The translations under genes and the position numbers were made by a program. This document shows, piece by piece, positions 19,648 through 30,441 of a DNA stretch of 64,000 nt; the stretch's first letter is position 1, and each line of letters opens with the position of its first letter. This DNA is from Candidatus Heimdallarchaeum aukensis (GTDB lineage Archaea > Asgardarchaeota > Heimdallarchaeia > Heimdallarchaeales > Heimdallarchaeaceae). The stretch is from contig CP084166.1 in NCBI GenBank assembly GCA_021513695.1, positions 3,008,001 to 3,072,000 on the forward strand, given 5' to 3'. A model generated the notes under the pieces. It made no database searches. It was given only the letters and a program-made list of their open reading frames with translations, and had not been told where the DNA came from.

Positions 19648-20022
19648 GTGTTAACTATGTTCACTTATGAGCTAGAGGACGAATACTTAACATTCATCAA
19701 AGAGAGCATAAAGGAGCATATATTTCAGTTACTCGATGAAAATAATGGAAAAATATCGTTAATGAAATTATTTGAAAAAATGATACACATAAATAATCAT
19801 TATTTGGCACAGAAATTAAGAATAGATGCGGCATTACATGAATTAGAATTGCAAGGGATAATTGAAATAAAAAATAAGCAAATAAGAAGGTTATCAATGG
19901 GTGTATTTGATGAAACTGGCTTTAAAGAAGAATATGTAAAAAACTTTTACGAAAAGAGGAAAAAGGATGAAGAAATAAGGAGAATGATTAGAGCTCTTAG
20001 TCAAACTATACTTTCAGAATAA
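19648..20022 (+). CDS. Hypothetical protein, possible winged-helix domain
   Basis: An ORF only. The central segment ISLMKLFEKMIHINNHYLAQKLRIDAALHELELQGIIEI resembles a winged-helix HTH. Confidence 0.3.
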   Translation: MLTMFTYELEDEYLTFIKESIKEHIFQLLDENNGKISLMKLFEKMIHINNHYLAQKLRIDAALHELELQGIIEIKNKQIRRLSMGVFDETGFKEEYVKNFYEKRKKDEEIRRMIRALSQTILSE

Positions 20023-20071
20023 TTTTTACTAAAAGTTTTTATTTTGAAATCAGTAATAGTTCTATGATACT

Positions 20072-20950
20072 ATGTCCGAAACAAATATACCTCGAATTGT
20101 TCTGGGTTCTGTATTGTATCCCTATTTTGAGCGCATCCCACAGGATCACATACTAAGAAACAAAGAAGAACTTGTTAAGTTGGTTGAGCGGTGTTATCAT
20201 GCAGGAGCAAAAGCGTTTTTATTTTATCTTTATAACAAAGAAATTGTTGAAATAGCAAACAGTATTACTGAAAGTATTCCTGATATTTTGTCAATGTTTC
20301 TCATAAAGTTTGACAACATGGATTACATATTAAACCTTCTTAAAGAACTCAAGAAAAAGCCCTATATTCTATTTTTGTCTTCTGAAATAAGTGATCAGAG
20401 AGACTCAGAACTTATACAACGGTTTAGGAAAGCTTTGAGCAAACATGCTGAACATATAGGCATATATTCAAGAGAGCCAATAGGCACAGTTTCCCAGTTA
20501 ATTACAAGTAATGGGGATATTGAGCATTTTCTAATACCTTTTAATTTGTTAGGTTATGGTGTCCAAAATAGAGCTTTACTTGAGATGATTGTTAACTCTT
20601 CTGAAAATATTTACTATAGCTCTAATCCCGTAGCTGATGGTAAACTAAAAGTAAGGCAGGCTTTAGAATATATTTCGAATCATAATGTCAGAGGAATTTT
20701 AGTAGAATTAGAAGACGAAGAAGACATGTTAGAAACAATAAAGTACGGGAGATATTTCTTAGAAACAAAAGATTTCTTACAAATAACGCTTGAATTTGAA
20801 GATATTACAGATGTATGTGAGTATTGTGGAATAGGAATGGAAAGATATTATCCACCAAGCAAGAGTGGAGGAAGTTACTTCTACTGTCCTTCATGTGGAC
20901 ATACAAAACAAATAACAGAAGTAACATACCAAGAGGAAACAGAAAAATAA
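20072..20950 (+). CDS. Hypothetical protein with a C-terminal CxxC...CxxC zinc ribbon
   Basis: C-terminal CEYCG...CPSCGH. The rest is unassigned. Confidence 0.4.
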   Translation: MSETNIPRIVLGSVLYPYFERIPQDHILRNKEELVKLVERCYHAGAKAFLFYLYNKEIVEIANSITESIPDILSMFLIKFDNMDYILNLLKELKKKPYILFLSSEISDQRDSELIQRFRKALSKHAEHIGIYSREPIGTVSQLITSNGDIEHFLIPFNLLGYGVQNRALLEMIVNSSENIYYSSNPVADGKLKVRQALEYISNHNVRGILVELEDEEDMLETIKYGRYFLETKDFLQITLEFEDITDVCEYCGIGMERYYPPSKSGGSYFYCPSCGHTKQITEVTYQEETEK

Positions 20951-21192
20951 TTTCAATTGGAAAAAATAAAAACAAAGATAAAACTTGAGTTAAGAAATAG
21001 TAAAGTAACTTTTATTTAATTAGCAAAGATATCTATTCTTAAAGATAATATTACTGTTATCACTTTAAAATATATTTTTGTAATTTTCAAAAAAATAGAA
21101 ACGATTATCTATGTTATTAGCTGAACTTCAATATCTGACTAATTGATTATATTAATAAAGTACAGTGTTTTCTCTTTGTTAGATAGGAAAGA

Positions 21193-21792
21193 GTGTTGAT
21201 ACGTATGGCTAGATGTAAATATTGTAACAAAATAATTCCCGATGAAGCTGAATTTTGTCCTTACTGCGGAAAAAAGAAGCCTATAAGAAAAATTGTGGGT
21301 GAAATCGAAGACATAACAAAAAAAGTTAGAGAAAAAATCGAAAAAAGAATTCCCACTATAAGGAAACAAGCTTTAGAAATACTAGACAGATTGTCATCTA
21401 AAGCAAAACAAGCTTCTCTTCCAGATTTTGTGGATAGAACAAAGGTTATCTCAATTCTTAATGATTTGAAAGCTAAATTAGATACTGAAACTGATCAATC
21501 CAAGATACAAGAATACTCTGAATGGGCTAATTTGATTGAGCAGACGATTAGTGGAGAAAATTGTATAATTTGTTATCAACCATTTGATATTCATAAAGAT
21601 GGTCATTTAGACGTCTCTCTCTGCCCTTCATGTCATTATGCCGCTCACGTTAATCATTTTGAAGCTTGGTTAGACAAAAAAGCTGTATGTCCAATATGTA
21701 AGGCTTCAATATCTAAAAATCAACTAGTTCGAGGGTATATTCAACATAAAGAAGGTGAAATTGTTTTTACTTCTTCAGAAAAACAATTTTAA
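21193..21792 (+). CDS. Zinc-ribbon plus RING-like (RING-H2/PHD-like) zinc finger protein
   Basis: N-terminal CKYCNK...CPYCG. C-terminal CIICYQ-x16-CPSCHYAAHVNH-x13-CPICK gives 8 Cys/His ligands in a cross-brace-like spacing. Confidence 0.5.
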   Translation: MLIRMARCKYCNKIIPDEAEFCPYCGKKKPIRKIVGEIEDITKKVREKIEKRIPTIRKQALEILDRLSSKAKQASLPDFVDRTKVISILNDLKAKLDTETDQSKIQEYSEWANLIEQTISGENCIICYQPFDIHKDGHLDVSLCPSCHYAAHVNHFEAWLDKKAVCPICKASISKNQLVRGYIQHKEGEIVFTSSEKQF

Positions 21793-21815
21793 ATCCTCTT
21801 TTTTTTATAGTTTTA

Positions 21816-22421
21816 ATGATAGTTAATAAATCTGAACTTGCAAGGATTTTAGTTTCAAATAATATCCTCAAATTTGGCTCTTTTACATTAAAATCTGGGG
21901 CAAAAAGCTGGTTCTATGTTGATTTAAGACTCATTCCTTCCATTCCTGAAGTATTCAACTATGTTATTGAATCATATATTAAAAAAATAAATGAATTAGA
22001 CACAGTAGATGCTGTTGCAGGAATAGCTGTTGCAGGAATACCTTTTTCCTCTGTTATAGGTTATAAACTTAATTTGCCTTCTTTAATAGTAAGAAAACAA
22101 TCAAAAGATTATGGATTACAGAAAATGGTCGAAGGGAGAGCTAAAGAGAAAGCAATTATTTTACTTATTGATGATGTAATTACCACTGGAGGAAGTAAAA
22201 CCCCTGCTATTCTCGCTCTTCGAGAAAATAACTATGTGGTAAAGGATCTTTTAGTACTTATAGATAGAAGTGAAGGAAAAGCAGAAGAATTAAAGAAACA
22301 AGGGGTTACAGTCCATTCTGTAGCTAAGATAGAAGAAATTTTTGAAGAATGCTTGAATTTATCTGATGAAGACATATCTCCAAATATTAAAGAAATAATA
22401 AGAAATAATTTCAAAAACTAA
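21816..22421 (+). CDS. pyrE: Orotate phosphoribosyltransferase
   Basis: LKFGSFTLKSGAKSWFYVD and the PRPP-binding motif LLIDDVITTGGS. Confidence 0.85.
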   Translation: MIVNKSELARILVSNNILKFGSFTLKSGAKSWFYVDLRLIPSIPEVFNYVIESYIKKINELDTVDAVAGIAVAGIPFSSVIGYKLNLPSLIVRKQSKDYGLQKMVEGRAKEKAIILLIDDVITTGGSKTPAILALRENNYVVKDLLVLIDRSEGKAEELKKQGVTVHSVAKIEEIFEECLNLSDEDISPNIKEIIRNNFKN

Positions 22422-23221
22422 AATCTCACTCTTCTTCTTACTACTTCTTTCTGTTTTTCATTGAACATTTTTTGATACTTTTCAGCTTCTTTTTTAGGAT
22501 CTGAAGAATAAATAATTGCTCTACCTACATTAACCATAGTCTTAGCTCCAAAGTGGAAAAAGAGAGAATCAGCACTTCCACCTTGTGCTCCTACTCCAGG
22601 AACTAAAGCAATACATCTGTCACCTACCTTTTTTCTAATTAAAGCTACATCCTCTTTTGATACATGACCTGTAGCTCCAATCACACAACCATCAGAAGAA
22701 GCTTCTTTGATCTGATTGGCAATATAAAGATAAAGAGGATTGTTATCAATTGTTGCTTTTTTCTGGTATTCTGCTTCAGGATTAGACATAAGTGTAAGTA
22801 CAATTATTCCTAATCCATGTTTATGGGCTGTCTTTGTTGCTTCTTTTGTGTTTCCAGCAAAAGGAGAAAAAGTAAAAGCATCAAATCCCTCTTCTTTAAA
22901 CCAGTAAATAGCAGAATCATTAGTTGAACCTATATCTCCAAGTTTATGATCAATAATAGAAAGCATACCTAAAGAGTGAATAAGTTTGTTTATTTCTTTA
23001 ACCTCATCAATTGTCAATCCAATGATATATTGTCTATTAATTTTTATTACACTTGTATGTTTTTCTACTGCTTTGATTGTGTCTATCATAAACTCTAGTT
23101 TTGTCATCCCTTTAGGAATAGTATTTTTTTCTCTTTGATTTGGTATTGCAGGATCTAAGCCTACACACAAATAGCTTTTCTTGATTTTAGAATGTTCCAG
23201 ATACTTATCTACAAAATTCAT
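22418..23221 (-). CDS. pyrF: Orotidine 5'-phosphate decarboxylase (long type 2 form)
   Basis: YLCVGLDP N-terminal motif, ~267 aa with a TIM-barrel pattern. Confidence 0.8.
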   Translation of the reverse strand: MNFVDKYLEHSKIKKSYLCVGLDPAIPNQREKNTIPKGMTKLEFMIDTIKAVEKHTSVIKINRQYIIGLTIDEVKEINKLIHSLGMLSIIDHKLGDIGSTNDSAIYWFKEEGFDAFTFSPFAGNTKEATKTAHKHGLGIIVLTLMSNPEAEYQKKATIDNNPLYLYIANQIKEASSDGCVIGATGHVSKEDVALIRKKVGDRCIALVPGVGAQGGSADSLFFHFGAKTMVNVGRAIIYSSDPKKEAEKYQKMFNEKQKEVVRRRVRF

Positions 23222-23234
23222 TCTTTTATTCCTC

Positions 23235-24428
23235 TTATCTCTTCAACATTATCTTTCCATCTTTTATAACGTATTTGATGTTAGCATATAGTGGAAGATT
23301 TTCGAAAGCTGACCATTTAACTTTTGATTTTACCCAGTCTTTATCGATAAAAATGGCTTCTTTAAGGTCAGCAATAATTATATTTCCATCTTCTATACTC
23401 GCATTGTTTATATTAAGTAATTTAGAAGGAAAACTATGATATGCTTCTATTCCTCTATCCCACGTAATTTCTCCTCTTTTTACTAAACTGAAAACAGAAG
23501 GTAATAGCTCTTGCACTCCAGGCATACCACTTAACCTTTTTTCTTTCTTTTCTTCTATGGTGTGAGGAGAGTGATCAGAGCTTATCATCTCAATTTCACC
23601 AGTAGAAAAGGCATCTTTTATTTCTATTCTATCTCCTTCTAACCTCAGCGGAGGATTGACTTTCTTTTTCCATTCTTCAATTTCACTCTTTTCATCAAAA
23701 AAAATGTAACGAGGACAAGTGTCAACTGTTAGATTGTTTCTTTTTGTTACTCTAAGCACACGGAGGGCAAGATAGGATGAAAGGTGAGTAACGTGAAATT
23801 TTAGTTTTGGGTAAATAGAAGCCCAGATACTTATTTGTCTCACAGCTTCTCCTTCTGCTTCTGGAGGACGTTGTTCAAGATGACTTTTCTTGTTTTTGTT
23901 TTCATTTAGAATATCCGGGTCTTCAGCATGAAAAATAATCGGTTTGTCTGTTTCTATGTCTTCAAGAATTGAAAGAGCTTTTTCTATATTTTCTTTAGTT
24001 ATTGAAAGGTTTCCAAAAGATTCAGACATAAAAACTTTGTAAGCATCACATACTTCATCTATTTCTCTTAACTGGTTAATATTTGAGTTAGTTATTGCAG
24101 AGGCAACAAGTATATCGATTTGGCTTTTTTTCGCTAGTTCTTTCTTTAGAATGATATTCTTCACTGAATCAGTAATAGGATTAGTATTAGGCATGTCTAA
24201 GACTTTAACTACTCCACCATTTAGTGCAGCAATTGACCCTGAAACGAAGTCCTCTTTATGTTCATAACCTGGTTGACGAAAATGAACATGAATATCAATT
24301 CCTACGGGTAGACCAATTAATCGTGTTCCATCAATCTTTATATCTTCTTTAGATTCAATTTCTAAATCTTGAATGTAGAAATCTTTTGTTAAATTGTCCC
24401 AACTTTCTATATTTTCTATTTTTATCAA
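23235..24428 (-). CDS. pyrC: Dihydroorotase
   Basis: Amidohydrolase motifs GIDIHVHFRQPG... Confidence 0.8.
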   Translation of the reverse strand: MIKIENIESWDNLTKDFYIQDLEIESKEDIKIDGTRLIGLPVGIDIHVHFRQPGYEHKEDFVSGSIAALNGGVVKVLDMPNTNPITDSVKNIILKKELAKKSQIDILVASAITNSNINQLREIDEVCDAYKVFMSESFGNLSITKENIEKALSILEDIETDKPIIFHAEDPDILNENKNKKSHLEQRPPEAEGEAVRQISIWASIYPKLKFHVTHLSSYLALRVLRVTKRNNLTVDTCPRYIFFDEKSEIEEWKKKVNPPLRLEGDRIEIKDAFSTGEIEMISSDHSPHTIEEKKEKRLSGMPGVQELLPSVFSLVKRGEITWDRGIEAYHSFPSKLLNINNASIEDGNIIIADLKEAIFIDKDWVKSKVKWSAFENLPLYANIKYVIKDGKIMLKR

Positions 24429-25283
24429 TCAAATCTCCTCTTTTTTTCCACTTGGTAAACGAGAATAATTACCAAAATCATCCATTTTTTCTAATTGCTC
24501 TCTAGAAAAAACAGGACCGTCGACGCAGATTCTTAGTCCTTCTGGATCTACAACACAAGCACCACAAAGACCAAAGCCACAACGCATGTGTCTATCAGCT
24601 AAACTCATTTGTATGTCAATAATATGGTTATAATTTTTACAGATATCAAACAATATTTTCATCATTTTTTCTGGTCCTGCAGAATATATAACAACACTTT
24701 TCTCATTATCTTTATTTAAATACTCCTTTACCCCTTCAGTAGGAAAACCTTTTTTTCCATAACTTCCATCATCAGTAAATGGGAAAAAATCTATTTTTTT
24801 CTCTTTTTTCCATTTTTCTAGAAGTTCAACATAAAGCAGTTTTTCTTTTGTTCTTGCTCCTTCAAAAACAAAGATTTCATCTTGTTCAGTTCTTCCTTTA
24901 ATTATCTCTTCTATTAAGTACTTAAGAGGGGGCATGCCGTACCCTCCCCCAACAATAATATGTGTGATTGATTTTTTAATCCGGAAAGCTTTTCCAAAAA
25001 ATCCTCTTATCCCTACAAGATCTCCTTGTTCAAGTTCAAACAATGCTTTTGTTCCTTCTCCAACTTTGGCAACGCAAAGTTCTAGTATCTGGTCCTTAAT
25101 CCCTGCGACACCTATTGGAAATTCATCTATTCCAGGAACCCATAACATAACAAATTGTCCGGGTTTAGGTTTTTTTGGTGTAAAAGGAAGTTTAATAGAA
25201 AATGTTCGTGTATCTTCGTTTTCTTCCATTATTTTAATAATTTTACACATCTCTGGTTTAGAGTTGTGAAAATACTTAGTCAT
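24429..25283 (-). CDS. pyrK: Dihydroorotate dehydrogenase electron-transfer subunit
   Basis: FAD/NAD-binding ferredoxin-reductase-like fold with a C-terminal 2Fe-2S Cys cluster (CGFGLCGACVV). Confidence 0.85.
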   Translation of the reverse strand: MTKYFHNSKPEMCKIIKIMEENEDTRTFSIKLPFTPKKPKPGQFVMLWVPGIDEFPIGVAGIKDQILELCVAKVGEGTKALFELEQGDLVGIRGFFGKAFRIKKSITHIIVGGGYGMPPLKYLIEEIIKGRTEQDEIFVFEGARTKEKLLYVELLEKWKKEKKIDFFPFTDDGSYGKKGFPTEGVKEYLNKDNEKSVVIYSAGPEKMMKILFDICKNYNHIIDIQMSLADRHMRCGFGLCGACVVDPEGLRICVDGPVFSREQLEKMDDFGNYSRLPSGKKEEI

Positions 25284-26208
25284 TATGGGCTCCTCCTATT
25301 AATTCAGAAATAGACTCTACCTTTTGTTCATGCATGTATTTCTTTATTTGTTGGATAAATAAGTTAGTTTTATTCTCTGGATATTTTATTCCTATAGCTG
25401 TTCCAACTTCCACTGCAGATGCTCCAGCGAGTAAATATTCTATGACATCATATCCTGAATTTATTCCCCCCACACCTACAATGGGGATAGTTTCTCCAAA
25501 ACGTTCGAATAAGTCATAAACAAACCTAATCCCAATTGGTTTAATCGCTGCTCCAGATAACCCTCCTCTCTTAAAACCCAAAATAGGTTTTTTTGAATAT
25601 ATATCAATAATCATGGCTTTTAAAGTGTTGATTGCTACTAAAGCCGAAGCACCTCCTTTTATTGCAGCTTCTGCAATTTCAAAAATATCTGTGATGTTGG
25701 GAGTAAGTTTAACCCAAATTGGTTTAGAAGTTCTTTTTTGCATTTCTTTTGTAATTTCATAAACAAGTTGGGGGTCTGTTCCTACTGCTAGTCCTTCTTT
25801 TTCAGTATTGGGACAAGAAAGATTTAACTCGAAACAAAGAAAAGGTAAATCATCTAACCCTTCTAATACTTCACTAAATTCATCAATATTACCACCAAAT
25901 ATAGAAACAATGGTAGGGACCTCTTTTTCGATGAGAATCTTTAATTCTTCTCTGTATAGTTTGTAACCAGGGTTAGCTAGTCCAACAGAGTTAATTGCAC
26001 TCTTGATCTCATGTAGAAAAAAAACACTAGGATTAGGGTTTCCTTTTCTCTCATCAATTCCAATACTTTTTGTTATAACTGCTCCAAAACCTGAATTGTA
26101 AATTCTGTTTAGTGAAGAATAGGAAGAACCTAGAACTCCTGAAGCTAGAATCAAAGGGTTACGTAGTGTTATTTTTCCTATTTTTGTTTCAAGGTTCATC
26201 AAAAACAT
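25276..26208 (-). CDS. pyrD: Dihydroorotate dehydrogenase catalytic subunit (class 1B)
   Basis: Typical DHODH motifs (LRNPLILASG, NLSCPN, GGI). Overlaps pyrK by 8 nt. Confidence 0.9.
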   Translation of the reverse strand: MFLMNLETKIGKITLRNPLILASGVLGSSYSSLNRIYNSGFGAVITKSIGIDERKGNPNPSVFFLHEIKSAINSVGLANPGYKLYREELKILIEKEVPTIVSIFGGNIDEFSEVLEGLDDLPFLCFELNLSCPNTEKEGLAVGTDPQLVYEITKEMQKRTSKPIWVKLTPNITDIFEIAEAAIKGGASALVAINTLKAMIIDIYSKKPILGFKRGGLSGAAIKPIGIRFVYDLFERFGETIPIVGVGGINSGYDVIEYLLAGASAVEVGTAIGIKYPENKTNLFIQQIKKYMHEQKVESISELIGGAHND

Positions 26209-26394
26209 TTTGTTTAGCTATTATTAAAATTTTAGAAGAAACTATACAGATTTGAATTTTGTAAACTTTTTTAATAAAAGTTTAACTTTATTGTTTAACT
26301 TGACCTAAAGGAAGGAAAAAAGTATTTCTTATAATAATAAAACATTAATACTGAGATGTAAAAGTCCTTTATCTCTCAATTTATATTAAATCTG

Positions 26395-27105
26395 GTGAAA
26401 CAGTTGACACGCATAGCAATTATCTCTGATATTCACGGTAATATCTTCGGTCTTAAAGCATTCTTTGAGGATATAAAAACAAAAAAAATCGATGAAATTA
26501 TCTGTTTAGGAGATGTTGTAGGTTACTATCCCTATCCAAATGAAGTAATAGACCTTGTCAGAGAAAAATGCTCAATAACCATCTTAGGAAATCATGATGC
26601 TGGAGTGATAGGTGTTGAACCAGAATTCAATTTTAATAAGTATGCTTTAGAAGCTCTTAACTGGACAAAGGAACATATAAACGAAGAAAACCTTAACTGG
26701 TTAAAAACCCTAAAGAAAAGGGTTCAAATTGTAAGTGATAATAAAAATCTATATCTAGTTCATGGCTCACCTTATGATGTTTTTGATTATATTTATGTCT
26801 TTGATGAAAGAGATAAAAAGATGATTTTAGAAACTATAGAGTTTTTCAAAACTGATGTTTTGATGGTGGGACATACACATGTTCCAGTAAAAGTAGAATA
26901 TGATAACGGAAAGCTTTTTCTTAATCCTGGTTCCATCGGTCAACCTAGAAATGGACATAAGGGCGCATATTATGCCATTTTAGATACTGAAACTTTTACT
27001 ACAGAGTTTTACAGGCTTTTATACGACTTTAGTGAATTACAAGAAAAAGTGATAGAAGAGGGTTTACCCGAAATTCTTGCAACAAGGTTAGATGAAGGAA
27101 GATAA
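26395..27105 (+). CDS. Calcineurin-like metallophosphoesterase (YfcE/MJ0936 family)
   Basis: IAIISDIHGN, GDVVGY, GNHD and GHTH motifs. Confidence 0.8.
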   Translation: MKQLTRIAIISDIHGNIFGLKAFFEDIKTKKIDEIICLGDVVGYYPYPNEVIDLVREKCSITILGNHDAGVIGVEPEFNFNKYALEALNWTKEHINEENLNWLKTLKKRVQIVSDNKNLYLVHGSPYDVFDYIYVFDERDKKMILETIEFFKTDVLMVGHTHVPVKVEYDNGKLFLNPGSIGQPRNGHKGAYYAILDTETFTTEFYRLLYDFSELQEKVIEEGLPEILATRLDEGR

Positions 27106-27108
27106 TTT

Positions 27109-27510
27109 CTAATAATCATCAAAGTCGTAAGGTATTAAATCTTCTCCATACTCTTTTTCTAGTTCTCTAAGTTGTGCTTCTTCATTTTCGTGATATAAAT
27201 CATGAAGGATTACTAAAGCTACTCCTGGAGGAGCTCCAATTAAAACACTTAATTCTCTGTAATCTATTCCTGGATTTTCTGGAATAATATTAGTTTGAAC
27301 ATAACCTTTTAAATTTGCATAGTTAGCTATACTTCTTACAGCATCGATTAGATCGTTGATTTTTCCTTGAAAGCCTGGAAAATTTACATGGTTTAGTTTA
27401 TATTGCTTTATTTTCTCTCTAAGTTTTCTTTTTTCTTCTTCTCTTCTTTTCCTAAGTTCTTTTATTTTTCTACCCCTATCTTCATCAATGAAATGAGTTA
27501 AATCGACCAT
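27109..27510 (-). CDS. Hypothetical protein with a Lys/Arg/Glu-rich N-terminal region
   Basis: An ORF only, convergent with the phosphoesterase. Confidence 0.35.
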   Translation of the reverse strand: MVDLTHFIDEDRGRKIKELRKRREEEKRKLREKIKQYKLNHVNFPGFQGKINDLIDAVRSIANYANLKGYVQTNIIPENPGIDYRELSVLIGAPPGVALVILHDLYHENEEAQLRELEKEYGEDLIPYDFDDY

Positions 27511-27615
27511 TTTTTTACCCCAGCTATTTCCGACGCTCTAAGTTATAAATCGATAATAATAAAAAAAGTTATGTATTGAATTTTTTTCTGAAAGTGAAAC
27601 TTTTTCAGAATGTAA

Positions 27616-29115
27616 TCACTTAATCCAACTTTTACTCCTTTTTACGGCCTCGTGCCATTTTTCTAGCATCTTGTCTTTTTTGTCGGCATCTAGGTGAGGA
27701 GTGAATTCAATATCAATACTAAAATTCTTTTCGATATCTGTTAAATTCTCCCAATATTCGACTGCTAATCCAGCTAGGTAAGCAGCTCCTAGGGCTGTAG
27801 TCTCCTTCACTAGTGGGCGTTGAACAACAGTTTGAGAAATATCAGATTGGAACTGGAGAAGAGGATCGCAATTTGTTACTCCTCCATCGACTCGAAGAAC
27901 AGGAATATCTTTTCCAGAATCCTTCTTCATTGCGTCTATAACATCTTGAGATTGAAAAACAATTGATTCTAGTGCTGCACGTATAATGTGGTTGCTTGTA
28001 GTAGCTTGGGTTAAACCTATGATTATTCCTCTAGCAAATGAGTCCCAGTATGGAGCACCTAAACCAACAAAAGCAGGCACCAAATAAACTCCTTCAGTCG
28101 TCGGAGTTCGATTCATTACTTCTGTAGTTTGTTTTACATCTGGAAGAATACCTATTTTATTCTTTAACCAGTTTAATAGTGCACCAGTGATAAATACACT
28201 CCCTTCAAGAGCATAAGTAATATTGTCATTATCCAACTTCCATGCGATAGTTGACAATAATCCATTTTTTGAGAAAACTATATCTTCTCCTGTATTTTGT
28301 AGGAGAAAGTTACCTGTTCCATAAGTATTTTTAACAGAACCTGGTTGAAAACATGTTTGTCCAAAAAGTGCAGCTTGTTGGTCTCCAGCAGCACCAGAAA
28401 CAGGAATAGAAACAGAAAAAAGATCTTTTTTTGTTTCACCATAGGTATTCTTATCACTTGAAGGTTTAATATCTGGAAGAGCATAAATTATGTCTTCTGG
28501 TAAACCAATTGTTTCTATAAGCTCATCGTCCCAAGTCCCTTTGTGAATATTCATAAGTAAAGTTCTTGATGCATTAGAATAGTCTGTAACGTGATTTCCT
28601 GTTAGGTTATAAATTAACCAAGAGTCAATAGTTCCAATTTGTAGTTTTCCGCTGTTTAACTTATCTCTTACTTTAGGAACATTTTCAATCAACCATTTTA
28701 TTTTTGTTCCAGAGAAATATGGGTCTAGAACCAATCCAGTCTTCTCTTTAAACAATTCAGAATAGTCCTTCCTTAGGTCTTCACAAAAGTTAGCTGTTCT
28801 CCTACACTGCCAAACAATAGCATTGTACAAAGGCTTACCGTTTTCTTTATCCCAAACAACAATAGTTTCTCTCTGATTTGTTATTCCAATTGCAGAAATT
28901 TGAGAGAAATCTATTTTTTCCTTGTTTACTGCGTCTATAATTACCTTTAAAGAATTTTTTAAAATTTCTTCCGGATTGTGTTCAACCCAACCTTCATTCG
29001 GAAAAATCTGTTGATGCTCTAAATAGGAGTTAGAAACCTCCAAACCTTTCTTATTAAATATTATTGCTCTAGTTCCCGTTGTTCCTTGATCGATTGCTAA
29101 GATATAATTATTCAT
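27616..29115 (-). CDS. glpK: Glycerol kinase
   Basis: FGGY kinase N-terminus ILAIDQGTTGTRAIIF, with full-length conservation. Confidence 0.9.
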   Translation of the reverse strand: MNNYILAIDQGTTGTRAIIFNKKGLEVSNSYLEHQQIFPNEGWVEHNPEEILKNSLKVIIDAVNKEKIDFSQISAIGITNQRETIVVWDKENGKPLYNAIVWQCRRTANFCEDLRKDYSELFKEKTGLVLDPYFSGTKIKWLIENVPKVRDKLNSGKLQIGTIDSWLIYNLTGNHVTDYSNASRTLLMNIHKGTWDDELIETIGLPEDIIYALPDIKPSSDKNTYGETKKDLFSVSIPVSGAAGDQQAALFGQTCFQPGSVKNTYGTGNFLLQNTGEDIVFSKNGLLSTIAWKLDNDNITYALEGSVFITGALLNWLKNKIGILPDVKQTTEVMNRTPTTEGVYLVPAFVGLGAPYWDSFARGIIIGLTQATTSNHIIRAALESIVFQSQDVIDAMKKDSGKDIPVLRVDGGVTNCDPLLQFQSDISQTVVQRPLVKETTALGAAYLAGLAVEYWENLTDIEKNFSIDIEFTPHLDADKKDKMLEKWHEAVKRSKSWIK

Positions 29116-29154
29116 AGTTTTTTTTTTAAAAAAAGTATTAATATGTTTTTTGTG

Positions 29155-30387
29155 CTACTTTAAAACAACAACTACTTGTTCATCTATATCTTCATTTATG
29201 TTCTCTTCGTTTTGTTCGATTCCATTTTTCTCTTGATTACCTTTTTGTGTGTTGATGTATTGTCTGTTTTTCCATTGGATAGGTTTTCCTAGAATTCCTT
29301 GAACGATAGAAGTGATTATTATAAAAACTGTAATAGTCATTCCTAAAGGATGGAAAATGTAGAAAAATAAACTACCATCTCCTCTCTTGTGCCAATAACT
29401 GAAATAGCTTGCTGAAAAACCAAAGTACAATCCTAAATTGAATAAAAGATCTATTGACCAAGCTGGATTATCAACAATGGTTTGCACAACAAAATATGCT
29501 GAAATAAAACTATACACTATCCATAATACAATAAAGAAAATTCTCCAAACAGGAAAGTTAAGTAAACCTTCAAAAATTACCTTCCTAAAACCCTTATAAA
29601 AAGACAAAAAACTATCAGGATACATTCTGGTTGAAACAAGTTTGTTAGGTTCTAGAAAATAGATTTTTTGACCGAACTCTTTCACTCTTTTAGCGAGAGC
29701 AATATCTTCAATTATTGAGCCTTTTACAGCTTCATGTCCTCCAATGCTTTCATAACCTTTTCTTGTAAAAAGAAGATATTGACCAATTGCCATATATGCA
29801 CTTTTATTGTTTTTATCTATGATAGCCTTCATAGGCCCTCCAACAAAATAACTCAAAAAGAAGTAGTATCCCACCATATATTCATACCATTTTTTCGCCT
29901 TTTGGTAAGGGAGCATAGAAACAAGAGTAGATTCAGAACCTAAAAGTTGGAAAATATTTATTTTTAATGAGCGTTCTTCATGAAATGTATCAGCATCAGT
30001 GAATAATAAAATATCTCCTTTTGATTCTTTGTAACCTAAATAACATCCATAGCTTTTCCCTAACCACCCTCTGGGGACTTCAGAATCAACAATAACTACA
30101 TCTGCATACTCATTTGCAATTTGTACTGTGGCATCTTTTGATCCCCCATCAGATACAATAATTTCGATTTTTTCTTTTGGATAGTCCAAATTTTTTAAAC
30201 TTTCTAAACAATTTTTGATGTTTCTTTCTTCATTTAGTGTGGGAATAATTATGCTTACTTTAGGAAGATTGGCATCTGTTACAGGTTTAAGTTGCCAACC
30301 TATAGCGCTTCCCTTTTGAATCCAGATTAGATAAAGAAAACAAATAAGAACTAATAATAAATACAGTCCATTGTACAACAATTTCAT
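29155..30387 (-). CDS. Family 2 glycosyltransferase with a C-terminal multi-TM region
   Basis: VSIIIPTLNEE...SDGGSKD and a DAD motif, then ~4 TM helices. Confidence 0.75.
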   Translation of the reverse strand: MKLLYNGLYLLLVLICFLYLIWIQKGSAIGWQLKPVTDANLPKVSIIIPTLNEERNIKNCLESLKNLDYPKEKIEIIVSDGGSKDATVQIANEYADVVIVDSEVPRGWLGKSYGCYLGYKESKGDILLFTDADTFHEERSLKINIFQLLGSESTLVSMLPYQKAKKWYEYMVGYYFFLSYFVGGPMKAIIDKNNKSAYMAIGQYLLFTRKGYESIGGHEAVKGSIIEDIALAKRVKEFGQKIYFLEPNKLVSTRMYPDSFLSFYKGFRKVIFEGLLNFPVWRIFFIVLWIVYSFISAYFVVQTIVDNPAWSIDLLFNLGLYFGFSASYFSYWHKRGDGSLFFYIFHPLGMTITVFIIITSIVQGILGKPIQWKNRQYINTQKGNQEKNGIEQNEENINEDIDEQVVVVLK

Positions 30388-30441
30388 TTATTATCTTCCC
30401 GTTTCAAAGAAAATACAGTTGTATTTATTTTTTCCTACAAA

